Of a stretch of DNA of 64,000 nucleotides, positions 44,198-53,683 are shown in pieces. The DNA is taken from contig JAEVYS010000108.1 in the NCBI GenBank assembly GCA_023392635.1, positions 5,871-69,870 of the forward strand, written 5' to 3'. The notes under the pieces were generated by a model. It did no database searches. It saw only the letters and a program-made list of their open reading frames with translations, and was not told where the DNA came from. The DNA comes from Actinomycetes bacterium. Lineage in GTDB: Bacteria > Actinomycetota > Actinomycetes > Propionibacteriales > Propionibacteriaceae. A program made the translations under genes and the position numbers. Numbering within the stretch: position 1 is the first letter of the stretch; every line of letters begins with the position of its first letter.

Positions 44198-47100
44198 GCC
44201 GCTTCGACCCGTCCGGTCACCTCCCGGGAGGCACGGCCGTCCTCGAGGCCAGCGCGGGCACCGGAAAGACGCACGCCATCGCTGCGCTGGCCACGCGCTA
44301 CCTCGCCGAGGGCCTCGTGGACGCCGACCGTCTCGCCGTCATCAGCTTCAGCCGGATCGCCTCGGCCGAGCTTCGCTCGCGGGTGCGCGAGCGGCTGCGC
44401 AGCACCATCACCGTGCTGACCCGCACGCTCGCCGGCACGCCCACCGAACGTCCCGACGAGACCGACCGGCTGCTGATGTCCGGTGCGCGCTCGGTCGTCG
44501 ACGCGCGCCTCGGGCGCCTGCGCCGCGCCGTCGCCGGGCTCGACGCCGCCAGCATCATGACCATCCACCAGTTCTGCCAGGCGATGCTGGACGAACTCGG
44601 CGTGCTCGCCGAGCAGGACCCGGAGGCGAGCCTCGTGGAGGACCTCAGCCTCACCGTGGACCAGGTCGTCGAAGACCTCTACCTCGCGCGGTACGCCCGC
44701 AACCCCTTGGGGCCGCCCTTCGACCTGGCGGCCGCCCGGCGGATCGCCCGGGCGGCGGTCGACCTGCCGGACGCACCCCTGGTGCCCGCCGGGGAGGTCA
44801 CCGAACGCGTGGCCGAGCGGATCGCCTTCGCCACGGCGGTTCGCAACGAGCTCGCCGTGCGCAAGCGCCGCCTGGGGGTGTACTCCTACGACGACCAGCT
44901 GCTGCGCCTGCGCGACTCGCTGAACGGCGCCTCCTCCGGCCCCCGGCTCGACCGTCTTCGCGCCCGTTGCGAGGTGGTGCTGGTCGACGAGTTCCAGGAC
45001 ACGGACCCGGTGCAGTGGGAGATCCTCAGGGCCGCGTTCGACGGCCACGTCCCGCTGGTCCTGATCGGCGACCCGAAACAGTCGATCTACGCGTTCCGGG
45101 GTGCCGACGTGCGGGCGTACACGGACGCGGTCGGGGCGGCCCGCGACCGCTACTCGTTGAACGAGAACCACCGCGCGGACGCCGCCGTCGTGAAGGCGGT
45201 GAACGCCCTGTTCGCCGGCGTCACGCTCGGCGACGGCATCGAGGTCCCCGCGGTGACCGCCACCCACACCTCCTCACGCCTGCTCCTGCCCGAGGGTTCG
45301 GCCTGGTCGTCGCCGGTGCGGCTCCGGTGCCTGCCCGGTGATGAGCCGGTGCGGGCGAAGGACGCCAGGGAGCGCATCATCGCCGACCTCACCGCAGAGC
45401 TGATCCGCCTGCTGGACAGCGGCGCCCGGGTCGTCGACGACGGATCGGCCCGGCCGCTCGAGGCCAGGGACGTGGCGATCCTGGTCAGCACCAACGCACG
45501 CGGGCGACAGGTGGCGGACGCCCTCACCGGGGCGGGTGTCCCGGTCGCGTTCTCCGGCGCCGACTCGATCTTCGCCACCCACGCGGCCGGCCACTGGCTC
45601 GTTCTGCTTCGGGCGCTCGAGCAGCCGCGACGGGCCGCCGTCCGCGCGGCCATCCTCAGCGACTTCGTGGGGGCGGACCTCGACAGCCTCGCGCGGGCCG
45701 ATGAGGAGCAGCTCACCGCCTGGGCCGGCCTCCTGCAGGGCTGGTCGCGGGTCCTGGCCGGCCAGGGGGTCGCCGCGCTGTTCGCGGAGGTGCTGGGCAC
45801 GAGCGTCCCCGGCGGCGGCAGCCTCTCCGAGCGGGTCCTGCGCCGCCCGCGCGGCGAACGCGACCTCACCGACTACCGGCACCTCGCCGAGATCCTGCAC
45901 GCGCAGCACACCGACGGCCAGCGCGGACAGGCCCTCGTGTCCTGGCTGGAGGAGGCCGTGGAGCGCGGCTCGGCGACCTCCGACCGGATCCGTCGGCTCG
46001 AGACCGACCGCCGGGCGGTGCAGATCATGACCGTGCACAAGGCGAAAGGACTGCAGTTCCCCGTCGTCCTGCTCCCGGAGGCCGCCGACCTCTGGGTGCC
46101 CGACGAGGACGACGATGCGTGCCTGGCCTTCCACGAGGACGGACGGCGGGTCCTCGACGTGGGCGGGCGGGACGCGCCGGGCCGGGCGGAGCGGCTCCGG
46201 GCTCACGCCGCCGAAGAGGCCGAGGACCGGCTGCGCAGCCTGTACGTGGCCCTCACCCGCGCCCAGTCCCAATTGACCCTCTGGTGGTCGCGCACGTACT
46301 CCAACACCGAGTGCTCGCCGCTGCACCGGATGCTGTTCCGGCGCTGCGACGTCGTCGGGCCGCCGGAGCCGTCCTACCCACTGGATGCCCCGCCCGGCGA
46401 CGGCCACCCGTCCGGGTTGCCATGGCTCGCCCCGGCCGGCATCCGGGTCGAGGAGTGCCTGCCCGGCACCGCGCCGCGGCTGCGCGCCACCGGCGAGCCG
46501 CCCCAGCGACTGGCGCTCGCCACGTTCGACCGCGGCGTGGACCCCCTATGGCGCCGCACGTCGTATTCGGGCCTCACCGAGGCGGTGCATGCACGCCCGC
46601 CGGTGGCGCTCACCGCCGAGGCTGTCGTCGAGGACGAGCCTGTCGCTGAGACCCCGCTCCTCCCGGAAGTTGCCGGAGTGCCGTCCCCGATGGCTGACCT
46701 GCCGGGCGGCGCCGCCTTCGGGAGCCTGGTCCACCAGGTCCTGGAGAACCTCGACTGGAACGCTCCCGACGACGAGCTCGCCGAGCGCGTCCGGGTGGCC
46801 ACCAGCACGGCGTTCCAGCGCTACCCGGTGCCGGGCGTGACGCCCGAGGCGCTCGCACAGGCGATGCTGCCGAGCCTGGTCACGCCACTGGGCCGACTCA
46901 CCGGAGACCGGCCGCTCGCTGCGATCCCCGTCCCCGACCGGCTGAGCGAGCTCACGTTCGAGTTCGCTCTGGGAACCGCCCGATCCCGTACCACCCTGCG
47001 TGAGGTGGCCGACCTGATGGCCGCCTGGCTGCCCGCGGACGACCCGCTGGCGGGCTATCCCGCCGAGCTCGCGCACCCTCAGCTCGCGACGCAGGTGCTG

Positions 47101-47490
47101 CGCGGCTTCCTGACCGGAAGCATCGACTCCGTGCTGCGGATTCGCTCCGGCGACGACCTCCGCTTCGTGGTCGTCGACTACAAGACCAACCGCCTCGGGC
47201 CGGCCGAGCTGACGCTCGACCACTACACCGAGCCGCTCATGGTCGCGGAGATGCTGCGCACCCACTATCCGCTGCAGGCGATCCTGTACTGCGTCGCGCT
47301 GCACCGGTTCCTCGCCGGCCGCCTGCCCGGGTACGACCCCGGCCGGCACCTCGGCGGTGTGGGCTACCTGTTCGTCCGCGGCATGGGTGGACGTGAGGCG
47401 GCCGGCGGCAACGGCGTCTTCAGCTGGTTCCCGCCCGCAGGGCTGGTGGTCGCGCTGTCCGACCTGCTGGCGGATCGGAGCGGCCGGTGA
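44194..47490 (+). CDS. recB: Exodeoxyribonuclease V beta subunit
   Basis: EASAGTGKT, DEFQDTD, IGDPKQSIY, TVHKAKGL, YVALTRA and W.RTSYS motifs; nuclease GSID...DYKTN. Confidence 0.93.
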   Translation: MSRFDPSGHLPGGTAVLEASAGTGKTHAIAALATRYLAEGLVDADRLAVISFSRIASAELRSRVRERLRSTITVLTRTLAGTPTERPDETDRLLMSGARSVVDARLGRLRRAVAGLDAASIMTIHQFCQAMLDELGVLAEQDPEASLVEDLSLTVDQVVEDLYLARYARNPLGPPFDLAAARRIARAAVDLPDAPLVPAGEVTERVAERIAFATAVRNELAVRKRRLGVYSYDDQLLRLRDSLNGASSGPRLDRLRARCEVVLVDEFQDTDPVQWEILRAAFDGHVPLVLIGDPKQSIYAFRGADVRAYTDAVGAARDRYSLNENHRADAAVVKAVNALFAGVTLGDGIEVPAVTATHTSSRLLLPEGSAWSSPVRLRCLPGDEPVRAKDARERIIADLTAELIRLLDSGARVVDDGSARPLEARDVAILVSTNARGRQVADALTGAGVPVAFSGADSIFATHAAGHWLVLLRALEQPRRAAVRAAILSDFVGADLDSLARADEEQLTAWAGLLQGWSRVLAGQGVAALFAEVLGTSVPGGGSLSERVLRRPRGERDLTDYRHLAEILHAQHTDGQRGQALVSWLEEAVERGSATSDRIRRLETDRRAVQIMTVHKAKGLQFPVVLLPEAADLWVPDEDDDACLAFHEDGRRVLDVGGRDAPGRAERLRAHAAEEAEDRLRSLYVALTRAQSQLTLWWSRTYSNTECSPLHRMLFRRCDVVGPPEPSYPLDAPPGDGHPSGLPWLAPAGIRVEECLPGTAPRLRATGEPPQRLALATFDRGVDPLWRRTSYSGLTEAVHARPPVALTAEAVVEDEPVAETPLLPEVAGVPSPMADLPGGAAFGSLVHQVLENLDWNAPDDELAERVRVATSTAFQRYPVPGVTPEALAQAMLPSLVTPLGRLTGDRPLAAIPVPDRLSELTFEFALGTARSRTTLREVADLMAAWLPADDPLAGYPAELAHPQLATQVLRGFLTGSIDSVLRIRSGDDLRFVVVDYKTNRLGPAELTLDHYTEPLMVAEMLRTHYPLQAILYCVALHRFLAGRLPGYDPGRHLGGVGYLFVRGMGGREAAGGNGVFSWFPPAGLVVALSDLLADRSGR

Positions 47491-49271
47491 TGGACCTTGC
47501 CACGAGCCTGATGCCCGGGCTCCTCCTCGACGTCCACAGCACCGGCGCCCTGTCGCTCGGCGACGTGCACGTGGCGCAGAAGGTCGCCCACCTCTTCGGC
47601 GAGGCCGACCAGACTGTGCAACTGGCTCTCGCCCTCGCCGTCCGCGCACTGAGGGCGGGCTCGACGTGCGTCGAGGTGGGCACCCTCGGTCGCCTCGCCC
47701 TGGACACCGACGAGGACAGCATCGGCGTTCCCGCGGAACTGCTCCCGGAGGCCGGCGAGTGGCGCGCGGCCATCCTGGCCAGCCCGATGGTCACGGCGGG
47801 CCCTGACGGCGGCGGCGACCGGCCACTGCGGCTGGTCGGCGGCCTGCTCTACCTCGAGCGGTACTGGCAGGAGGAGTCGGCGGTCGCGGCACAACTGCGT
47901 GCCCGGTTCGACCGGGTCCCCGAGCCGGTGCCGGTCGCTGCGCTCGCTGCCGCGCGCGCCGAGTTGCTCAGCGACGACACCGACGTCGACCAGACCACCG
48001 CGGCCGTGGTGCCGGCGCTGGCCGGCGTCACCGTGGTGGCCGGCGGCCCGGGGACGGGCAAGACCCATACGGTCGCCCGGCTGCTCGGCGTGCTCCGTCG
48101 CACGCTGCCGACCGCACCGCTGGTCGCCCTCGCCGCGCCCACCGGGAAGGCCGCGGTACGCATGCAGGAGGCGCTCGCCGAGGCAGCGTCGGAACTTCCC
48201 GCGGACCTCGCCGCGTCCTTGGAGACGCTGGAGGCCACCACCATCCACCGGCTGCTCGGCTGGGTGCCCGATTCCCGCAACCGGTTCCAGCACCATCGCG
48301 GTAACCCGCTGCCGCACGACGTCGTCGTCGTGGACGAGGCCTCGATGGTGAACGTGACCCTGATGGCCCGGTTGCTGGAGGCCCTGCGCCCGCAGGCGCG
48401 GTTGGTGCTGGTGGGAGACCCCGACCAGCTCGCCCCGGTGGAGGCCGGTGCCGTCCTCGCTGACATCGTGGACGCCGGCCCCGGCGCCGAGCTCGCGGCG
48501 CTCGCCCCGCTGGGACTGCCCGCTTCGGGACCGGTGGTGCGGCTGCGGCACAACTACCGGTCGGTCGCGGGGATCGCGGAGCTCGCGGCGGCGGTCCTCG
48601 CCGGCGACGCAGACCGTGCCGTCGGACTGGCGACAGCCGGTACCGTGGGCATCCACTTCGCCGCCGGCCTCGAACAGACCGACCTCAGGGAGCGTGTGAC
48701 CACGTCGGGGACAGCGATGGTGAACGCTGCGCGCGAGGGCCGGGTCGACGACGCCCTCGCCCTCCTCGACGAACACCGGCTGCTGTGTGCGCACCGGCGA
48801 GGACCCTACGGCGTGGCCCTGTGGTCCCGGCAGGTCGAGGAGTGGCTGGCCGCCTCCCTGGAGGGGTTCGATCCCACCCAGGCCTGGTATCCCGGACGGC
48901 CGTTGCTGGTGACCCAGAACTCCCCCGAGTTGGGCCTCTACAACGGCGACACCGGCGTGGTCGTGGCCAGGGACGGCGTGCTGCGGGCCTTCTTCACCCG
49001 CGGCCGGCGGCCCCACGCGGTCTCGCCGTTCCTGCTCGAGGGCGTGCAGACCATCCACGCGATGACCGTGCACAAGGCGCAGGGCAGCCAGTTCGACCGC
49101 GTCACGGTGGTCCTGCCGACCGCCGACTCCCCGCTGCTCACCCAGGAACTGCTCTACACCGCGATCACGCGCGCCCGGACAGAGGTCACCCTGATCGGTT
49201 CCGTGGACTCACTCGCGCGGGCGGTGCGGCAGCGTGCCCGGCGGGCGTCCGGCCTGCGGGAGCGGTTGTAG
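47487..49271 (+). CDS. recD: Exodeoxyribonuclease V alpha subunit
   Basis: LYLERYW, GGPGTGKT, APTGKAA, DEASM, NGDTG and HKAQGSQF motifs. Confidence 0.93.
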   Translation: MMDLATSLMPGLLLDVHSTGALSLGDVHVAQKVAHLFGEADQTVQLALALAVRALRAGSTCVEVGTLGRLALDTDEDSIGVPAELLPEAGEWRAAILASPMVTAGPDGGGDRPLRLVGGLLYLERYWQEESAVAAQLRARFDRVPEPVPVAALAAARAELLSDDTDVDQTTAAVVPALAGVTVVAGGPGTGKTHTVARLLGVLRRTLPTAPLVALAAPTGKAAVRMQEALAEAASELPADLAASLETLEATTIHRLLGWVPDSRNRFQHHRGNPLPHDVVVVDEASMVNVTLMARLLEALRPQARLVLVGDPDQLAPVEAGAVLADIVDAGPGAELAALAPLGLPASGPVVRLRHNYRSVAGIAELAAAVLAGDADRAVGLATAGTVGIHFAAGLEQTDLRERVTTSGTAMVNAAREGRVDDALALLDEHRLLCAHRRGPYGVALWSRQVEEWLAASLEGFDPTQAWYPGRPLLVTQNSPELGLYNGDTGVVVARDGVLRAFFTRGRRPHAVSPFLLEGVQTIHAMTVHKAQGSQFDRVTVVLPTADSPLLTQELLYTAITRARTEVTLIGSVDSLARAVRQRARRASGLRERL

Positions 49272-49285
49272 GCCGCAGGCTGTTC

Positions 49286-49612
49286 CTACTCCACCAGCAG
49301 GCGCAACGTGACGTCGACCAGGTCGCCGTCCAGGAGGTCCTCCGCCTCACGCACGGCGCGCTTCACGGGCAGCGCGAAGGTGCCTTCGCGATGGTCGGGG
49401 AAAACGGACGTCCGCCAGGTCGTCGCGCCGACGGTCGCCTCGACCCGGACCGAGCCGAAACCCCGGGGAGGCCCCGACGCGTACCGGATCAGGTCGGCCA
49501 CCTCGACCGGAACGGTCACGAACCGCCATGCATCCTGTGCCGACCAGCGCCACAGCGGGCTCCGGAAGGTGAGCACGCCGGGGTCCGGATCGGGCCCCGC
49601 ATGTCCGCCCAT
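49286..49612 (-). CDS. DUF1905 domain protein
   Basis: W.FVTVP, RGFGSVRV.ATVG.TTWRTSVFP and LPVKRAVR.AE motifs. Confidence 0.83.
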   Translation of the reverse strand: MGGHAGPDPDPGVLTFRSPLWRWSAQDAWRFVTVPVEVADLIRYASGPPRGFGSVRVEATVGATTWRTSVFPDHREGTFALPVKRAVREAEDLLDGDLVDVTLRLLVE

Positions 49613-49616
49613 CGCC

Positions 49617-50495
49617 TCAGGCCCCGGGCGCGGTTCGGTGCGGCAGCGTCCCGGAGAGCCAGGCTTCGATCATCCGCCGCGCGATCGAGGTGTGCGGCGG
49701 CAGGCCCACGTCCCCGGACGCCATCGCGACACGCAACTGCTCCGCGGTGAACCACCGGGCCACCTCGATCTCGCCTTCGGCCGGCGCCGGGTCCTCGGCG
49801 GGGGCGTGCGCAAGAAACCCCACCATCAGCGAACGCGGGAAGGGCCAGGGCTGCGAACCCAGGTAGGTCACGCCGGTCAGCAGGAGGCCCACTTCCTCGG
49901 CCATCTCCCGGTGGACGGCCTGCTCCAGCGATTCCCCCATCTCCACGAACCCCGCGAAGACCGAGTAGCGTCCGCGCGGCCAACTGGGTTGGCGCCCCAG
50001 CAGCAGCCGTCCGGTCGGGTCGACGATCGCCACGATCACCGCGGCGTCGGTGCGGGGGAACTGGTCGGTGCCACACCGGGTGCACCGGCGCGCCTGGCCG
50101 CCCCTAATCACCACCGTGGCCGCACCGCAGACGGGGCAGAACCCGGCTGCGGAGTGCCAGGTGCACAGGCCCACGGCGGTGAAGGCCGCCTCGAGCTCTG
50201 AGACCGGCAGGCCGTCCATCACCGAACGCAGCAGCACCAGCCCCGCTTCGTCACCGTCCCTGGTGCCGAACCACCACCGGTCCTCCAGCCGCCCGAGCAG
50301 GTAGTGCCGGTCGGGGTCGTACTCGCCGTCGGTGGGACGCACGACCAGGGCGCCCTGGGGTGTCGCCTCGACGCTCAACTCCCCGACCCGAAGCACGACG
50401 GCGCGCGCGTCCGTCCACGCGGCCCGAACCCACTCCGGGTCGTCCCGCTGTTCGGCGACCCGGTCCAACGCACTTCCGGCAAGCCAGTCGATCAC
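49617..50495 (-). CDS. nudC: NAD(+) diphosphatase / NADH pyrophosphatase
   Basis: FCPVCG...C..C zinc ribbon; Nudix box GFVEMGESLEQAVHREMAEE; SQPWPFP. Confidence 0.92.
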   Translation of the reverse strand: MIDWLAGSALDRVAEQRDDPEWVRAAWTDARAVVLRVGELSVEATPQGALVVRPTDGEYDPDRHYLLGRLEDRWWFGTRDGDEAGLVLLRSVMDGLPVSELEAAFTAVGLCTWHSAAGFCPVCGAATVVIRGGQARRCTRCGTDQFPRTDAAVIVAIVDPTGRLLLGRQPSWPRGRYSVFAGFVEMGESLEQAVHREMAEEVGLLLTGVTYLGSQPWPFPRSLMVGFLAHAPAEDPAPAEGEIEVARWFTAEQLRVAMASGDVGLPPHTSIARRMIEAWLSGTLPHRTAPGA

Positions 50496-53400
50496 GGCGC
50501 AAGGCTAACCGAGCCGGGTAGCCGCGCCAGGAGGGCTTCCAGCCCGGCGCGGTCGGGCAGCGACGGCGGGCGAACCACCTCGGCGGAGTGCAGGTCGTAG
50601 AAGACCGCATCGACCTCGTCCACGCCCAGGCCGTGCAGCTCGGCCCAGGCCAACCGGTAGCAGGCCAGCTGCAGCGGGTCGGAGCGCCGTGCGTCCCCGG
50701 TCTTCCAGTCCACGACCTGCGCGCGCCCGTCCGCGCCGGTGAACACGGCGTCGATCCGCCCCCGGACAAGGCGTCCGCCGAGAACCAGGGTGAACGGGGT
50801 CTCCACGGCGAGGGGCACCAGTGCGGCGTACGGCCCGGCGTCGAACCCGGCCTGCAACCTCTCGAACTCCGCCCCCGCCAACTCGGCTTCCACCTCGCCG
50901 CCGAGCAGCGGCGACTGGCCACGGAAGCGGTGTTCGAGCCACTGGTGGAAACCGATCCCCCAGCGCTGGGCGTCGCTGACCAGGCGGGGCATCGGCCGAC
51001 GCAGCTCGGCGGCGTAGCCGGCCGGGTCCTTGGCGAGCCGGCCCAGGCCCGTCACGGACAGGTAGTCGGGGAGTCGCGCGGCCCACCGCTCGCGGGCGCT
51101 CTCCCGCTCGGCGGCGATCAGGAGGTCGGCCTGGCGATGCCAGGCGGCCGCCTGCTCGGCCTGGTCGAGGCTCAGCGTGTCGGGTGCACGTCCCGCCTCC
51201 CCGGCCGCCAGCCTCCCCCGCGCGAGAGCGACCTCCGTCGCCGCTTCCCGGCGCAGGGCCCACGCCTGGGTGTCGCCGACCGCCGGCCACCCGGCCGTCG
51301 CCGCGCCACCGAGCAACGGGTTGGCGGCCGGAACCTCCCCGGCCGGGGTGTCGCGCTGGGCGTGCGCGGCCAGCTCGGTGAAGTAGTCGGACGGCTCGCG
51401 TGGCTTGACCAGGCCCGGCGCCCACACATGCGTGCTGGCCACCAGCAGCTGACGCGCACGCGTCACCGCGACGTAGGCCAACCGGTCCTCGCCCAGCCGT
51501 TGCTGCCCGGTGAGCCGGGCGCCGAACTCGGCCATCGCCTGATGGTCGACGCTGGTGAGCTGCGGCAGGGCGGCGGCATCGCCGCGGAGCGGGTACGGCA
51601 GGGTCGACGCGCTGCGCAGCCAGTTTCCGGTGACCCGGTCGGTGGGGAACACGTCGGCCGCGAGACCCGGGACGAACACGGCGTCCCACTCCAGTCCCTT
51701 GGCCTTGTGGACGGTGAGCACCTTCACCGAATCGGCTGCCGACACCACCGCCTGCTCCAGCCCGGTGCCGTACTCCCGCTCGGCGTCGAGGTAGGCCAGC
51801 AGCCCGGCCAGTGAGGCGTCCGCGTCGATGTCGGTGTAGTCGGCGACCGCCTGGACGAAGGTGTCCAGCGGTGCGCTGGCGCCGGCAGCCACCGCCTCCA
51901 GTTCGACCGCGAGCCCGAGCACGGAGATCACCCGCTGCACCAGCTCGGTGACCGCGTCGCCGGCGTGGCGTCGCAGGAGCCCGAGCTCAGCGGTGAAGGC
52001 CGCGAACCGGCTGCGGGCATCCCCGTGGTAGGGCAGGCGTCCCGGGTCGGCCAATGCCTCGAGGAGGCTCGGCACGGCGGCCGGGTCGGTGCCGACCAGC
52101 GTGTCATCCACCCCGCGCGGCCCGCTCTCGCTTCCCGTCTCCTCGGGACGCCCGGAGTCACGCGCCGCCGCGAGTTCGCGGGCGCGTCGCCCGAGCAGGG
52201 CGAGGTCAGGGATGCCGATCGCCCAGCGCGGTGAGCTGAGCAGCCTCAGGGCGGCCGGGTTCGCCGTGGCGTCGTCGAGGAGCGTGAGCGTCGCGACCAC
52301 GTCCGCGATCGGCGGCAGTTCGAGGAGCCCGCCCAGGCCGACGATCTCCGCGGGGATGTCGCGAGCCGACAACTCGGCCCAGATGTCCGCCACCTGGCTG
52401 TTGCGCCGGGCGAGCACAGCGATGTCGGACCAGCCATTCACGGCACCGGTGCCGTGCAGCCCGGCCACGCGGTCGGCGAGCGCGGCGACCTCGTCCGGCC
52501 AGGTCACGAACGCAGCCGTCTCCACCCGCCCGGGCGGCGTGCCGGGCGGCGCCACCAGGTCGAGGTCGAGCCCGTGGGCGACGAGGGCCGGCTCGGCGCG
52601 GGCGGGAGCGGCCAGGCGGTTCGCGGCGTCCAGGACGTTCTGGCCGCTGCGACGGTTCACGGTGAGCGCGTAGCCCGTCGCCGGCTCGCCGCCGACCTGC
52701 GGGAACTGGGTGGCGAAGTCGAGGATGTTGCTGGCTGCCGCACCTCGCCAGCCGTAGATGGCCTGGCACGGGTCGCCGACAGCGGTCACGGCATGACCGC
52801 GTCCCGATGAGGGCGCGGAACCGGAGAAGAGGCCGCGCAGGAGGGTGGCCTGCGCCGCCGAGGTGTCCTGGTACTCGTCGAGGAGCACCACCGAGAACTC
52901 CTCGCGGAGCGCTGCGGGCACGGCCGGCACCTCGACGGCGAGTCGCGCCGCCGCCGCCATCTGGTCGGCGAACTCCACGTACCCGAGCCCGGCCTTCAGC
53001 TCCTCGTAGCGGACAACGAGAGTGGCCAGTTCCAGCCGCTCCGCCATCGCTGCGCGCGCAGTCTGCAGGGCGGCGTACACCTGCCCGCGCGGGTTGCGCG
53101 GCGCGCGCTGGAGCGCGGCCTCGAAGACCGCGGCCTGGTCGGCCAGGTCGAGCGGGTCGACCAGGTGCGATCGCAATTCGGACGACAGCTCCAGCAGTCG
53201 CTGCGTCACCGAGGCGGGACGCAGTCTCGACAGCTGGGTCAGCCCGGGGGTGTCGGCCACCACGCGCGCGGCCAGCCGGAAGCGGGCTGCTCCCGTGATC
53301 ATCCGCGCGTCGCCCTCGATGCCGAGCATCAGCCCGTGCTCGGCGACGAGCCTCCCCGCGAACGCGTCGTAGGTGAGGATCAGCTCCTCACCCGCCTCCT

Positions 53401-53683
53401 GGTCGTCGCTGAGCACCCCGGCCTGGTGGAGGGCGCGCCGGACGCGCCCGCCCAGTTCGCCGGCAGCCTTCCGGGTGAAGGTGAGACCAAGGACCTGCTC
53501 GGGCCGCACCTGACCGGACCCGACCAGCCACACCACACGCGCAGCCATCACAGTGGTCTTGCCCGAGCCGGCTCCGGCAATGATCACGGCCGGCTCGAGG
53601 GGCGCGGTGATGGCGGACAGCTGCTGGTCGGAGAATCCGATGCCGAGGGCGTGGCTCAGCTGGGTGGGATCGGTGAGCCTCAT
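50492..53683 (-). CDS. adnB: AdnAB helicase-nuclease, AdnB subunit
   Basis: AGAGSGKT, LDEYQDT, GDP.QAIYGWRGA, NRRS and HKAKGLEW motifs; C-terminal GRIDAV...DWKTG nuclease. Confidence 0.9.
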   Translation of the reverse strand: MRLTDPTQLSHALGIGFSDQQLSAITAPLEPAVIIAGAGSGKTTVMAARVVWLVGSGQVRPEQVLGLTFTRKAAGELGGRVRRALHQAGVLSDDQEAGEELILTYDAFAGRLVAEHGLMLGIEGDARMITGAARFRLAARVVADTPGLTQLSRLRPASVTQRLLELSSELRSHLVDPLDLADQAAVFEAALQRAPRNPRGQVYAALQTARAAMAERLELATLVVRYEELKAGLGYVEFADQMAAAARLAVEVPAVPAALREEFSVVLLDEYQDTSAAQATLLRGLFSGSAPSSGRGHAVTAVGDPCQAIYGWRGAAASNILDFATQFPQVGGEPATGYALTVNRRSGQNVLDAANRLAAPARAEPALVAHGLDLDLVAPPGTPPGRVETAAFVTWPDEVAALADRVAGLHGTGAVNGWSDIAVLARRNSQVADIWAELSARDIPAEIVGLGGLLELPPIADVVATLTLLDDATANPAALRLLSSPRWAIGIPDLALLGRRARELAAARDSGRPEETGSESGPRGVDDTLVGTDPAAVPSLLEALADPGRLPYHGDARSRFAAFTAELGLLRRHAGDAVTELVQRVISVLGLAVELEAVAAGASAPLDTFVQAVADYTDIDADASLAGLLAYLDAEREYGTGLEQAVVSAADSVKVLTVHKAKGLEWDAVFVPGLAADVFPTDRVTGNWLRSASTLPYPLRGDAAALPQLTSVDHQAMAEFGARLTGQQRLGEDRLAYVAVTRARQLLVASTHVWAPGLVKPREPSDYFTELAAHAQRDTPAGEVPAANPLLGGAATAGWPAVGDTQAWALRREAATEVALARGRLAAGEAGRAPDTLSLDQAEQAAAWHRQADLLIAAERESARERWAARLPDYLSVTGLGRLAKDPAGYAAELRRPMPRLVSDAQRWGIGFHQWLEHRFRGQSPLLGGEVEAELAGAEFERLQAGFDAGPYAALVPLAVETPFTLVLGGRLVRGRIDAVFTGADGRAQVVDWKTGDARRSDPLQLACYRLAWAELHGLGVDEVDAVFYDLHSAEVVRPPSLPDRAGLEALLARLPGSVSLAP